A stretch of 63,968 bases of DNA, filler included, from Rhabdomonas costata (GCA_019059605.1; 47 parts of 47 records of this genome joined end to end with filler, not necessarily neighbours in it); one strand, 5' to 3'. Shown: positions 48,950-62,708, counted from the first letter of the whole stretch. Notes: generated by a model from the sequence alone, not told the origin. Program-made: numbers and translations.

Positions 48950-51371
48950 GAAGCCCCCCCTCCCACCACACCACCCNNNNNNNNNNNNNNNNNNNNNNNN
49001 NNNNNNNNNNNNNNNNNNNNTTAATTAATTAANNNNNNNNNNNNNNNNNNNNNNNNNNNNNNNNNNNNNNNNNNNNGTGTTGGGTGTGGTTGGAAGCACG
49101 CAGTACTGCCAGATCACAAACTTAAGACAGCAGTGGCTCACGGGAGACGGAAAGAGGTGTTCAGTTCGATCCAGCTGCCCAAGCATTCGTTGGTTATCTT
49201 GCTCTGAGCTCAGGTGGTAGTTAAGAGTTAAGAGTTGTGAGTTATGTCCCTTGAGCCATTCTCGGGGAACCCTTTGGGCTTTCCAAGTACCGTTCACTCC
49301 TCACGCATTCTCTTCACACCCACAAAAACATTCACGCGCACAGGAGCAGGCTCTGCTGAGCGAAAATTTAAAACCCAAAAGGAAGGGGGAGGGAATGCCG
49401 CACCTTGGCCATGGGGTAATTGAAGTCATCCACCGCGGCAGAGGCCATCTCTGCGGGGTGCACCACACGGCAATGCCTGTAGGCAAACCCAAAGAGCTTA
49501 GTTGGAGCGCAAGCAACAGCCGCAGAGCCAGCGACTGAATGTGCCCAATCCCATCTCTCTGATACAAGCGAAAGTGACATGGCAAATGCAGTCACAGTGC
49601 GCATTATGTCTTACTTGAAGGAGCGCAAGCTAACAAAAAGAATTCTTTTGGAGACCAGAGAAATGGGATGCAGGCAGAAGGCAGCTACTATGATAGAGCA
49701 AACGGGAAAAAAGTCAACACAATGTCTAGAAAGTATGCCTGGAGGGGCGGGAAAGGGACCCTGAAAGGGATCATGCATTATCATACTGAAAACGATTGCG
49801 TTTTAGAGTAAATCTGGGGTGCATTTGGTCTCACAACAAGGAGTGAGGAACTATCCGGGAGCAGAGACGTGGTACACAAGCCAAACACAGGAAAAGCAAA
49901 AAAAAAAAGTGTGAGCAAAAAAGCACCCATCCCAGCAGAGAGGGAGAAGGACAGCGTCACAATGCGTGTTACCTGGCGACCGGCTGGAGCGATAGGACTG
50001 AACGTGAGGACACCCACAGACCAGATGGAAACAAGCAATAGCAAAGGCCCGACAGGAAAAACAACACCGACAACAATTGAAGACAAATCTGATCCCAAAG
50101 TGCCGAAAGAAAAGGCAAAAAAGCGTGCGAATGAGCCGCAGACAAGGTCGAGATCGAGTTGCGAATGTGGAGGCCATTAAACGAGCGATACCCACTGGCC
50201 AGCAATTGCCAGACACACAACAATTGCCACAATTGCCAGACAAAGAGGTCGTTCACCGCTTTCTCAACACTGCGTAATCTCAAGTGGACAGACACTTACT
50301 CATGTCTGGGTGTGTGGAGCCTGCAAACCCACACCCACANNNNNNNNNNNNNNNNNNNNNNNNNNNNNNNNNNNNNNNNNNNNTTAATTAATTAANNNNN
50401 NNNNNNNNNNNNNNNNNNNNNNNNNNNNNNNNNNNNNNNTGTGGGGGATGAATGGTACTGTGGTGGTGGAGTGCTGTACACCAAATTGCCTTCCGAACAG
50501 GTCGTAAGTCCTGCTAGAGATCTCAAAAATTCGTTGTGCATTCAGAATGCATTCGGGACAAGTTTTGTCCAGTGAAAATAGGATTTTGTGTGCAAAAAAA
50601 ATGTCACCTCTCATAACCCCCAAACTTATACTGGGTGACGAGGAAAGCCTACAAAAAAGGCGGTGCATGATGGGACTTTTTGACTTAGGTGTTCTAAAGG
50701 GGAAAATGGCCCTTTTGTGCCCATAAAAAAGCGTTTGACACAGCCCAAGTTGGTGTCTCGGGGTCTTTGCCCTTCCCAAAGACAGAGGCCATGGGTACTT
50801 AGTACTGCCCGAGAAGATAAGTTGTGTCGCAGCCGTTACGGGCGCGGTCATGCGTTGTTCGACCCCAAGAGGATCGGATTTGGCATTTTGGGGGGCAAAA
50901 GAACCGAAATTGAAGCAAAAAATGGCCAAAATGATGAAAAACTGAAGCAGGGCTTAAGTACTACGTGCGTAAGTGGGGTGGGGATGCCAGAAAAAATTAC
51001 TTCGGGGTAAAACTCGTAAGTGGGTGGCCAATGGCGAGACTCTGCTATGACGGAGCTAAGAGAAAGCGAATTGTTAGCCATTTTTTACTGTGTGCATTTT
51101 CGAATCAAGCTTTGTCACTTGTTTTCTTGCAGGTTAAACTGTATCTATTCGTCTCTAACACCCCCCCCCCAAAGAACGAACCGCATGTTAAAGGTGTTAC
51201 TTACGCTCATCACGGTCGTCTTCGTTGAATTGTAAATAGCGGCTGTGAACGGCCTTCAGTGTTAAACAGTGCTCAGCAATACGAGAAATCGCATCTCCCC
51301 AAAGTATGAAAAGTGCAAGCTGAACGTGTCAACCCTCAAGCTCATTCCGGGTCCGGTCGTCGTCGTTGAAT

Positions 51372-51698
51372 TGGGGTATTTCATGCGCTCAAAAAGAAAA
51401 TTTTAAAAAAGGCAACCATAGGCTATAATACCAGTAAAATACCTCAGAAACGGCTCAAATCGGCGTAAAAACGCGTTTTTCTGCACAACCGACCTCACAT
51501 CAAGTTGGTTCGATTTTGGGAGGATCAACCCCGGACACTCCATTTTGGACCCCTTTCCGTGTGCCCATTTTGGCCGTTTCTGGGGTATTTCATGCGCTCA
51601 AAAAGAAAATTTTAAAAAAGGCAACCATAGGCTATAATACCAGTAAAATACCTCAGAAACGGCTCAAATCGGCGTAAAAACGCGTTTTTCTGCACAAC
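51372..51698. repeat. Direct repeat with 209-bp period (118 bp identical), related to family B
   Basis: 51372..51489 equals 51581..51698. Confidence 0.85.
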
Positions 51699-54600
51699 AC
51701 AANNNNNNNNNNNNNNNNNNNNNNNNNNNNNNNNNNNNNNNNNNNNTTAATTAATTAANNNNNNNNNNNNNNNNNNNNNNNNNNNNNNNNNNNNNNNNNN
51801 NNTTGTGGATGGCCTTGGCGCTGGGGTCGGCCGAGACGCGGGCCTCCCAGGAATTCTCATAGCCCTTCGCAAAGTTCCGTCGAGCCTTCCGCAGGGGGTG
51901 CGTCGGCGCGGGACCGCCTAAAAGAGAGGGGCGGGACGGAAACGTGGACTCAGTGAAGTGAGCTCAGTTACACAGGTTCTCCGTTTCAAGGATTTTACAG
52001 CCAATGAATGCCGACGAGACCTTCCCCCACGTTATCCGAAATCTCGTTCAGGGTGCCAGCTGAGAAAACCCGCAAAGGCGCGCTGAATTTGAATTTTGGC
52101 AAAGACGCGATGCAAAGCCAAAACCAAAGTCAAAGGGCACTGCAAAGTCAGCCTAACTCCCGAACTCCCTTTAGGCAAAATAACAATTTTGTGGGTACTG
52201 GCAAACACCCGACTCAGGGAAAAAAATTTGTGTTCCACCGTGTTATACGTTTACACTGTTCAACGACAAAAGTAAAATTTATGCACGCCCACGCCTCATC
52301 CGTTCGCTCCGGCCGCCGAGGGCTGGCCTCCACCATAAAATCACGCTCCCTCTCCCACTCCGTTGAACGCTGCTAAATGCTTAACACCCCCTAAAGTTTC
52401 ACCCTGCCCCCTCCAAAAATGCAATTGTCCCATCGTTCCTACGCTTATATTATCCATTAATTGAAGCAATGCGCTGTTGGAATGCACTGACAACCTGGGT
52501 TGTATATTGCACTGTTCCCTCTCACCGAAGAATAGAAAGGGCCCAAACAGAGACATCGTTAGTGCGCAACAGAGGCACCGACAGAAAATACCGCGCAGGT
52601 CGAGAGCCTCCCCGCCCGTCAGCGACTTGCTAGTGCACGTGTACGTGTGGCACATCCTGCGCCTCGCCAAAACAGCGCAGCTCTTGGTCGTGCCCTCATC
52701 CCGGGTCCCCTTCCACGTCTCGCACCTCGAATCCATGGTGCCCCAGAGCGCCATCGACCTCCCCGATCCACCCTCGCAACCCACTCACACGGACAGGAGC
52801 ACAAATGATCGCCGCAGAAGCTCCACACAAAGGTTCGGTGCAGTCTGCAATCTTTCCCCGCACGCGTTCGACAAAAACAAAGCAAGGCCTGAGAACAGGC
52901 GAGGTCAGCACAGTGCCATTTCTGCTTCGCGGATTATCCAATTCAGGCTGAGAGAGGGGAGTGCGGCAATGCGGTAACGGTTCCCAACGATTAAACTTTT
53001 GATAAATTGACTTGAAAGGGGTTTAGGTAATCGTGCTAGGGGGGCCTTACACGATCACCAAAACCNNNNNNNNNNNNNNNNNNNNNNNNNNNNNNNNNNN
53101 NNNNNNNNNTTAATTAATTAANNNNNNNNNNNNNNNNNNNNNNNNNNNNNNNNNNNNNNNNNNNNTTTTGTTTGTGACCATTTGAAATAAACGCAGCCCT
53201 TATCACCGCTGCCACTCGTCTCGGCAAGAAAAATGTCAGGGGGAGCTCACCCTGGTCTTCCATTCCGCTCTTCTGTACAATTCCAAATCACAAGAGAGTA
53301 GGAAATACTCCATCACGTTCCCCACCGAAGACCGGAAAAATCATGAACTCACTTCTGCAAAAAAAAAAATCACCGTCAGATTCGGACGAATTCAATCTTG
53401 GGCTAAGAGGAACCAAGCTAAGATGAATCACATCTGCAAACTACGAAAAGGGGAAAGGGTGGCTACCACACACCCTTGGGTTTCGACTATCATTCACCGG
53501 GCCCCAGGTGAGGACCTTCTGCCGACATGAGAAGGAGCTGCGGGGCAAGCATCGATTTTCGTCCACTTTTCTTGTTTCCTTTTTCGGAGAAGAGCAGAGT
53601 CTAAATCTCCGTGAGAGGTGTGCGAGTCGAACTGACGACGCTATGTTCTAGAGCAAACCACTCTGTGATAGCACAAAGGTTTGAAAAGGAAATCTGGCAT
53701 CCCATGGGATATACACCGGCGGCGATTCTCGTCCGCAACTTCCGCGGAAACGGCAACGATAGGGACGCTGGAGCCGTACCCCGCAAGTTCACGAACTTCG
53801 GACGCGGTGGTATATCTGCCGGAATTCGCGGGAAGGGGGGGACAACACACACCTAAAAATCCGAAATTTCTCTATAGCAGCTTCCGAAACCAGCAGAATT
53901 CTTTGCTTTAATTGCCTTTATGGATAAAACCCACCAAACCGAACGATTGCACCGAAACGATTTTCTCAACAGCATGGCGTAGAGGAACACCAAGCACACG
54001 ATTAGACCGTGTTTCCGACTCCCGGACGCCAAGCTGAAGTCTCCAAGGGGCAGGCCCTTCCACCTCACCTCACTCCAGGCAAGCTGGCCACTGAAACGTA
54101 CCTCATTTACTGGTGCACAGTACGCAGGTCGCCAAATCAGGCCTCTCCGCAGCTTTTGTCGAGAGTATTGAAGCGAATGACTGAACCACTCTCGCCAGAA
54201 GCTCGTGGTGGAAAAGTGATCTCGTGATCCGAAGCGCGAGCCGCAGAGAGTCGTAAAGCAGAGGCAACGGCAGAACAGGAATCGGAATCCCCAGCAAGCT
54301 CTGAGCTGCCGAAAGAATTGATGGGTCCGCAAGCGCAACCTCCCGCTCGGGAACGACCTGGCAAGTGCGAAGGAATTGCTCCCGCGACATCTTCACCTCT
54401 GGAAGGCTCGCAATGTTGTGACCCCCCCNNNNNNNNNNNNNNNNNNNNNNNNNNNNNNNNNNNNNNNNNNNNTTAATTAATTAANNNNNNNNNNNNNNNN
54501 NNNNNNNNNNNNNNNNNNNNNNNNNNNNGTGTTGGGTGTGTGTGGTGTGTTGTGTTTGGGGTGTGGGTTTTGGAAGCTCCAAGAAGGAGACTCAGTAAGC

Positions 54601-55193
54601 TCGTCCACCAGCTGGCCTTTGGTTTCCTGCTGAACGATCCGAACGACTTGGTTGCTGTATCATAGGTGAATGGGTGCAAGGAGCTTTGATGTGAATGATA
54701 CTGGTCATAGCAAGGACTACACAGTGTTCCCTTTCAGCTCGTCGCACAGAAAAAGGCAAACATGTATACTCCCGTTGTAAAATAGCTGACACCTTGTCTC
54801 AGGTGTCAGCTTTCCGATCCGAGAGACAGCAGCACTGTCTCCTATTGCGACTTGGTGTTGCTGAGCGGAAAGGAAAGCAAAAAAGGCGACTGTTCTTGTT
54901 CCTCACGACGGTATTCACAAGTTACCATCTCGAAGTATTTCTTGGTTGTACCTTCCCTTTTCCATCACAAAGCCCGGTCCTGGCCCCATGCCCTGCTTTT
55001 GCAGCTTTCTTTTCTTTTGTGGGGGATCTGTCGCTTCTAGTTTGTTTGTTGTGGGGTCAGATGCGTCTTCCAGCCTCGCCTTGACTGGGGACTCGCGATT
55101 TTTTATTCAGTTCCCACACACCCTTTGACTTTTGAGGTGGTACAGGTGGTGGTTGCGCTGAAATAGAGGGGACACGGTTGCAAAACGGTTGCA

Positions 55194-55445
55194 ATGGACG
55201 CTCTTCCTGCGTTGGCGCTGGGCGCCGGGGCGGTACTGTCGTATCTGTGCGCTGGGATGACGGGGTTCGGATCGGCGATTGTGTTCCACGTGGTGTGGAT
55301 GGTGTGCGTGGGGGTGTGGCCCTCGCTGAGTGGCAGCGCGGGGGTGGCCGGGAGTAACCCCGTGATTGACGGGGTGATGCTTCTGGCGGTGAACTCCGTG
55401 TTCACGAACCTCCCACTATACCTCCGCACCCGTGGGGACGTAAAG
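55194..55445 (+). CDS. N-terminal exon of a TauE/SafE-like (sulfite exporter family) membrane protein
   Basis: MDAL..GAVLSYLCAGMTGFGSAIVF matches the G-x-x-G-F-G first-helix motif, followed by hydrophobic helices and ..DVKW. Confidence 0.65.
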
Positions 55446-56161
55446 TGGGAGCTGTTTTGGTGCTGAAGGCCCCCTCCCCCTTCCGATGAAATTCTCTTAC
55501 GTACACAATACCGTGAAAAAAAAGTCGGAAAAAACTAGCACGGAAGGAAAAGTGTCGAAGATGACCACTCCAAACTAATCTGTCGGGCAGCATGGGAAAT
55601 GGCGACGTCCGTGATCTGCGAGAACGACAAATGTTGTGTGGCTGGTTTCTACTTGGGGGCTTATTTTTGGAGTTGATTCTATGCGTGATCATGCGTCAAC
55701 TGGTTTTGATTCATTCGGACGGGTGCAGATAACCCACAAACCCTGTGGCGCACGCCATACTTGCAGCTGTCTTGTTTCATTGATGCGACGANNNNNNNNN
55801 NNNNNNNNNNNNNNNNNNNNNNNNNNNNNNNNNNNTTAATTAATTAANNNNNNNNNNNNNNNNNNNNNNNNNNNNNNNNNNNNNNNNNNNNGGCCGGGGT
55901 GGGGGAGTGGGAAGGGGTTATGCCTCGAGAAATATTTGGCGCATTAAGTGCCTGGAATACAGGCAGGAGAATGGATTTTGCCAGAAAAGCGTCCGTGACT
56001 CTCGCTGAATTCGAAGATTCAAGAGGCAGAATCCTCGTCTGCTGCCCCGGATGTTCTCATCCAGCTGGAGGAGAAAGGGTGTTACAAAGTTGTTCGGGAA
56101 GAGACGTTGTGCGTCTGTGAGTGTAAGCAAGCGAGCGAAGAGACGGTTGCTTCGTTTTCAC

Positions 56162-56383
56162 CTTGTACACGCGGTCGTAGACCACGTCCAGGTCATCCTC
56201 GCTTAGCCCTGGCAACTCCGCGCGCAGCACAGTGCGGCCAAAGTGCCGATATACCAGCCCCGCGCTCGAGAGGCGGGTGCGGTACTGTGCCTCTGGGGTG
56301 ACCATGATCTCCGAAAAGGTACCCTGGTGGTGGTCCAGCCGCAGCTTCGCGGGGTCGTACACCCCGCCAACATCCACCACAAC
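56162..56383 (-). CDS. MYG1: MYG1 exonuclease, internal exon
   Basis: VVVDVGGVYDP..LRLDHHQGTF...TRLSSAGLVYRHFG, 222 nt, phase 0-0. Confidence 0.94.
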
Positions 56384-57277
56384 CTGCGGCGGGAGGGCAT
56401 GCGGAGGGAGTTGGAACAGACGATCTCTGTGAAAAGTACTCCAAGAGCACATGTGCACTTAATGATTTAATTGGACCAGAAAACCCGTTTTTGAGGCGCA
56501 ACGATCATCCTTGACGCTTGATGGCTGATGGATTCTGATTTCTCCAACAATGACTTTTGACATAACCCAGGCCAAGATGCAAAAGGTATTGATGTATGCA
56601 CCATCCGGCAAGTGGTTAACGGCACCAACTCAGAAGTAGAGTGATAAAAATGTATACACGTTGGGGAGGGGGATGTCATCGCTGCTCTGCTTTGTGTTTG
56701 TGAAACGGATGAGGCTTTGGGATTCCCGACAGATCCGCGTGCGACGTGACAACAAAAGATGTTTTCCGGTCGTCGGAATCCTGGACGTGAAAACGAAGAA
56801 GGACCTTGCCCAGCATCTCCCATTTGTAATTCGCTGAGGTCGACTCAAAAGGTTATGAGCCTCCTCAGGTCTATCGTACCAATCACATCTCCATTTCAGG
56901 CTCTTGGGTAGTGGCAAAGCCGACTGTAAATATGCCAGGCTGGACAGTTACTGGGAGAGACGCTGGTGGGGATGTGGAGGGAGGGGGTGATCCGGGGCGC
57001 CTATTTATCAAGTTGCCGGGCGCCTCATCCTCACACTAAGAGGCAAGAGGAGCAACCCGGGATCTGGAGTCAGCCAATACGACCAACTATGTAGCCGCGA
57101 AACGAAGCGGCGCCGTTGCGCTGTGCTAGTGGCTCACTTATCCGCCCAAACCCCNNNNNNNNNNNNNNNNNNNNNNNNNNNNNNNNNNNNNNNNNNNNTT
57201 AATTAATTAANNNNNNNNNNNNNNNNNNNNNNNNNNNNNNNNNNNNNNNNNNNNGGTGTGTTGGGTGGTGGGGGTGT

Positions 57278-58100
57278 GGGGTGGTGCCAGTGCTGCTTGC
57301 GGGTGGGGTGGGCTCGCGGCTGTGGCCGCTGTCGCGGGAGCACTACCCCAAGCAGTTCCTGCACTTTGTGGAGGGTGAGGGCAGTCTCTTCGAGGATGCC
57401 GTGCAGCGGCTGGTCACGCTGGCCGCAAAGTGCCCCGACATGGTGTGCGTGTGCACTTGCTCGAACCCGGCGTTGCGTTTTTCTTCCTGAGAGCTCCATT
57501 TTAATTAACAGCAATAACGCATTTGAGGTCGTAAACCTTCTCGCGGACAGGTACAGCGCCTTTTTTTTTGACTGATTCGTACTGTATTGGGGACAGGGGG
57601 GCCACGTTTTTATTGCTGGTTTCGCGGGTACCCCAGGTTGTCGAGTTGAAGAACTCGAACGTGTGGGTCGATGGGGCCTGCTCGATTGGCCTTCTGCCGT
57701 AGGATGGACTGTTTCATCCGGGTTTTATTGTTCAGTAGAAACTTCAGCAGCTGAGCGGGACATTTGGCGCCGGCCTCCTGACATTAGCTCTTCTTCCGCC
57801 CAGAGCTTTTTCCCCGACCATTTTCCCTACTTTTTCGGTGGTCTTCCACCGCTGCCGTTCTGCCTCTTCAGGGCGTGGGGCCTAGCGTGGTGGTGTGCAA
57901 CGAGGAGCACCGGTTCCTGCTGCAGGAGCAGCTGCGACTGGCCCGGAAGTTCCTGCGCAACAAGCTCTCCGAGAGCCCCGCGCTGGCCGCGCAGGCCGAG
58001 GTGGTGTTCCCCGAGGACGGAGTGGCCGTGGTGTTGGAGCCAGATGGCCGCAACACCGCCCCTGCACTGACTGCAGTGGCGCTGACTCAGCTCTCCAAGG
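57278..58100 (+). CDS. manC: Mannose-1-phosphate guanylyltransferase, bacterial ManC/AlgA type, exons to 57442 and 57872..58100
   Basis: PVLLAGGVGSRLWPLSREHYPKQFL, VVCNEEHRFLLQEQL and LEPDGRNTAPA. Phase-0 GT-AG intron. Confidence 0.9.
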
Positions 58101-59560
58101 GTTCGCCCCCACCACCACCACCACCACATCACCACCACCTCCACCTCATACTCACACTTTTGGGCCGAGTCACAACTGTACACGGTCACATACAGAAAAC
58201 ATTCATTCACTAAACCATCGACTATCACCTTCTGCTGGAGCTACTCAATTCTCTCATCCACGATCGCGTTTGGTTTTCATAAGCACGCGCTCGCGACGTT
58301 CACTGCCGAGCCCTGGCCTCCTCACCCGCCTAACCTGAGCTTTTGCCTATTCTGGACGCCGAACGCCAGGACGAGATCGGCGACGCTAGAACCTGTGGCC
58401 GTAGTGACAGGATCCGCGTGCGCCTGTTCTGCTGTGCGTTCTGCTGGCTGGGCTGGCCTCCAGGCTGGTGCGGTATTTGGATCCTGACGCTGGGTCAGTA
58501 TCCAAATACCACACCACNNNNNNNNNNNNNNNNNNNNNNNNNNNNNNNNNNNNNNNNNNNNTTAATTAATTAANNNNNNNNNNNNNNNNNNNNNNNNNNN
58601 NNNNNNNNNNNNNNNNNGTGGTTGGTGGTTCGCTAGTGTCTCTGTCTCATCGCGGGTTCGTTCCAGGCGCTCCCTCAGTGAGTGCACAAAGGGACACCAT
58701 TGGAACTTGCATGCCACCATGCATCCATGCATAGCACTGCCATAGCGCACGTGTTCGTCTTCCGGCTCCTTTATACACTTTCACATTTTTATACACCTTC
58801 ACATTTTTCATGTCTCACCCCCAGGAGTCTCGGGGGTCCCTTTCCTGCCGTCGTCTGTGTGTCACAAATCCCTGCTTTCTTGCCATTCTGGGAGTCTTTC
58901 AGCAGCACCCATCTATCCTCCTCTGCGAGCCTCCGGACGTGTACACCAATCGTCGGGGTGCACCCTGGAAATGGGGGCTAGAACCACTCACTTCGGCTCA
59001 AATCTTCACCGCATTCGCTGGGTGAACTTCTGAACTTGGACCCCCTCGGACGCGAGCCGGAGCGACACCGGAGGACCTGGTACGGGTCTCGGTTGGGGCC
59101 ATAAGTATGATACGGTAGTACTCCTCAGTTGAGTTCACCGACAGCTTCCAAGCCTGTTGGCTGCATCTCTATCCCAATTGAGTCGTGATTTCGGGCTTTA
59201 TAAGGCCTCTTTCGAATTCTTCGAATTTCCAAAGGGAATTTTTGGACCATTTGAGGCCTGCGTGGGTAGAGCCCACCGGAGTGGGCCGGAACGCTTGATA
59301 GTCCGTAGTCGTAGAAGGCATTTTAGGGCCATTACAGGGCCTGTTGGAGGGACCCTTTTAGGGCCTTTGCAGGGCTCCAAACATAGCCTGACTTTTCGGA
59401 CGGGCCTTCTTAGCATACATAAGAGCAGGACTCCACAGTACTTCAAGCTGGCAGCAGAGTCGACAACTATTGTTGCGCTCATAGCTCACCCCATGTGTGC
59501 CAGCAGCTGGGAGCCGACTTCTGTGTACGTGTCTGGAAGCGAATGTGTGTTCATACGCAC

Positions 59561-59854
59561 CGAAAAAGGAATGGCCTGCACGGTGACAAAGTACCCCGCC
59601 CTAGCTCCCAAGGAGAAGGCTGTGGAGTAGCCCAAGTACTGGCCCCACCCCCCCGCCTCGGGTCTGCCAAGAGCCACCGAGAGGGCTCGAACCACGGGGT
59701 CTTCGGCTTCCGTGGCGTTGACCTGACGCACCCGCCCGGAGGGCGTGTTTTGAGAGACGTGGGTGTCTTGCCCCCCAGTAGAGCTGGCCAGAAGGTGCCC
59801 CGAGACGGCGTTCACGGCGAAGATCACGGTACCCGAGAACAGCGGCATGGCGAG
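59561..59854 (-). CDS. Exon of a second Cache-like sensor domain
   Basis: VIFAVNAVSGHLLASS..VNATEAEDPVVRALSVAL..GW..GYFVTVQ parallels the 45422..46212 protein. 294 nt, phase 0-0. Confidence 0.55.
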
Positions 59855-61986
59855 CTGAGGAAGATCACACACAAACAACCNNNNNNNNNNNNNNNNNNNN
59901 NNNNNNNNNNNNNNNNNNNNNNNNTTAATTAATTAANNNNNNNNNNNNNNNNNNNNNNNNNNNNNNNNNNNNNNNNNNNNGGGTGGAGCAAATGCCTCGG
60001 CCTTCTGTCTTCTGTGCAGGTGTGCCGGAGTGCCTGGAGTCGGCGGCCGTTGCACGAAAGTGTGAGTGAGTGTGGGTGGGTGGGCATGCGTGGTGCGTAC
60101 CCTGCGCAACACTTTCCCCGCAGGGAACGGGAGTGACCGTGGACAGCGCGGGCTCTAAGAGGCTCAGGTTGAGAACCCTCTGTGCGAGCGGCAGGGGAAA
60201 AACTTGCAGAGAGGAAAGCCACACCGCCCTGCCTTGGGCAGCGAATGGAGTGGGAGGGGGGTAGCATCGTCACTCAGTGTGAGAGAAGCGGAGGACGCGC
60301 CACCACCTTCTTCGGCTGCTTCACCAGCTGCACCACAGCGTCTGCCGGGGGAGGGCACAGGGGGTGCTCCCCATCCTCTTCATCCTCCTCGTCGTCTAAG
60401 CTAATGGAGCGAGAGACAAAGGTGGCCATACGGGCCGCGAGACAGCAGGAGGAGCCCCTGGCCCCAAAACAGAGTGGGCCAACCAACACGGTTCCTCCCT
60501 CTCAGACTCACTGGTAGGGGTGGGGCAGGCACAATGGGCAAGTGGGGCAGAGCTACCACACTGAGGAAGCAAAAAAAAACTGCTCTGGAGTTGGCGACCC
60601 AACAGGCGCAAAACAGAGCAAAGAAGAGCAAACAAAGCGAAAAAACTTTTTGCGGTTGTCTTTCTTTCATCCATTGGAGGTGCGTTAATACGGAACAAGA
60701 AAAGAAAAGATTGCATTCACCAAGAACCGATTTGTGTCTCGAGCCTGCTCCAACCTTTAAAACTCAGGCGTATTGACATCCGTCCGATGAGAAGGGGGGT
60801 GGACATTTAGTTTTGCTCCCCTCAGAGGTCAGGATAGGACCGCAGGCTGGATGCTGGGTGCCTCTCCGTTTTCTGACACGGCTTGAGATGCGCTTCCTTT
60901 TTCTTCTGAAGTTTCTACTGTTGTCCTTGCGAGCCCGGAAAAGGGTTTTGGCTGCAGCATAGTTCACGCAAAAGCCCTGCAGCTCTCGGCAGAACCCAAT
61001 CTGTGAAACGGAAAATGTCTCGCTATGAATCAGCAGCGAAGCACTTGTGAGGACTGCCACAGGTGCAAAACGCAGTCCGCCCCAGCAAAAGAGTGAGCTG
61101 AAAGCAATCTTCAAGCCCGGCGCAAAAGTCAGTCCAGAGCCCAAACAAAGTGGGGGTCTTCACCCCGCGCCCTTTCAATGACAGTGCAGGGCAATTGTGC
61201 AGTTCAACAGCGGCCACCACAACTGAACCGTTGGATTTGAACGNNNNNNNNNNNNNNNNNNNNNNNNNNNNNNNNNNNNNNNNNNNNTTAATTAATTAAN
61301 NNNNNNNNNNNNNNNNNNNNNNNNNNNNNNNNNNNNNNNNNNNGTTGGTTTTTCAACACAAGAAAAGATGCGGTTGTGTGGTTGTGGTTACCGGTTGGTG
61401 CACATTCAGTTGGGATTTCGGCAGTGGAGGCACGGAGGGAGGGGGTCTGAGCCTTTATAAGGTGTCTTCCGTGGGCAGTCAGTCCATCGGAGGATAATTG
61501 TGAGTCTCTCTTCTCGCGACTCGTAGTTTCACATAGCTCCTCGCGGTTTGTACCCGTGGAGTCAGCGCGCATGAGCCACACCGTCCACAAAGGCATCTGG
61601 GCATCGGATTCCCCCAGAGGGCCGAGCGAGCTCTGGCTGATTCGACAAAGAACGAGAATCGCGGTCCGTTAACAACGGTTTAACGTTGTCAAATAATCAG
61701 TTATAGAACCTGGAATTCTATTTTCCTTTTCAGCGGTATTTGGATGTGTCAGTGCCGACTTCAGTTACTTTGCCCGGGAAGGGCGGATGAACAGTTCCCA
61801 GAAGATGGCCCCCTGCCATCCCCAAATGCATTGGGAATGGTCTGGCGGTTTTGTGGAAGAAGGGAAAAGGGAAGAAACCGGAACCAGTGTCTACGAAAGG
61901 ACACTGAACTATTCGCGCCCTCGCCGTTGCTCGTGAACAGGATTCGACACTCCTGCGTAGCTGTCCAGCTCCTTTACCTTCACGAG

Positions 61987-62434
61987 GGGCCTTTGGGTCC
62001 CAGGCCGCACTCACCGAGGGAGCTGATTCGAGCCCCGAGCCCCATCCAGAAGAGAAGGAGCTGAACAAGCTCCGGGGCCCCGTGGCGAGCTTCTTCCTGT
62101 CGCTGCGGTTCCTGTTGGCGGCGTTCTGTGTGTTGGCGATCTTTGTGGCTTCCTTCCTGGCGTGGTACCTGACGTACACCACGGGGCTGGACACGGTTCA
62201 AAGCCTGTCCAAGGTTTTCGAGGTATTCATTTGGATGTCTTTTTTACGTGCATTTGTACTGTTTTGCTGAAAGCAGGTCAGAAGAATATCGTTTTTTTTA
62301 GCACAAAAGTGTGATCGTTTATGGTTCTTGTGCTTCGCATTTTTACTGAACCACACCGTTTTCTGCATGTACGACATTGCTCAGATGCAGCTCCTTCCTC
62401 AGATCTCGGACTCCGTAGTCAGCCGCCTATCCCG
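61987..62434 (+). CDS. N-terminal transmembrane anchor and long helix of a receptor-type protein, exons about 61987..62222 and 62385..62434
   Basis: SLRFLLAAFCVLAIFVASFLAWYLTYTTGLDTVQSLSKVFE-MQLLPQISDSVVSRL, the TM1-plus-helix layout that precedes Cache domains. Confidence 0.6.
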
Positions 62435-62708
62435 GTATGCCCGGGGACTCCCCTGCACTTCTTCCTTCCTGCCTTCCCAGTCTCGTTTGCCTCTTTCAGC
62501 ATGGCCTTCCTGCCACGGTCACACACAAGTGAATCCAGCTCCAGCATTTGGTCTTCCTTCCTTTATATGATTGTAAGGCTAGTAACACCCCGAAACTGAG
62601 AATTTNNNNNNNNNNNNNNNNNNNNNNNNNNNNNNNNNNNNNNNNNNNNTTAATTAATTAANNNNNNNNNNNNNNNNNNNNNNNNNNNNNNNNNNNNNNN
62701 NNNNNGGG

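Larger units (their letters stand above)
1266..62705. other. 46 artificial contig-joining spacers (N-run + TTAATTAATTAA + N-run, 100 bp each) separating 47 contigs of about 1.26 kb
   Basis: The same spacer recurs about every 1363 bp (first 1266..1365, last 62606..62705). TTAATTAATTAA places stop codons in all six frames. Near-identical contig lengths indicate a size-sorted concatenation. Confidence 0.99.

Noticed and set aside
52590-52790. GC3-rich exon-like segment
   Set aside because: Both strands are open and splice signals conflict; strand and product could not be assigned.
53605-53680. Minus-strand tRNA-like segment (agttcgactc, central CTA) and a plus-strand ctgacga..aaac hammerhead-like core
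   Set aside because: I could not build acceptor, D or anticodon stems, and the hammerhead lacks the required GAAA after stem II.
1266-62705. Regularly spaced TTAATTAATTAA motif resembling an array
   Set aside because: It is embedded in N-runs and is an artificial six-frame-stop linker. ORFs ending in XXXX-LIN are artefacts.
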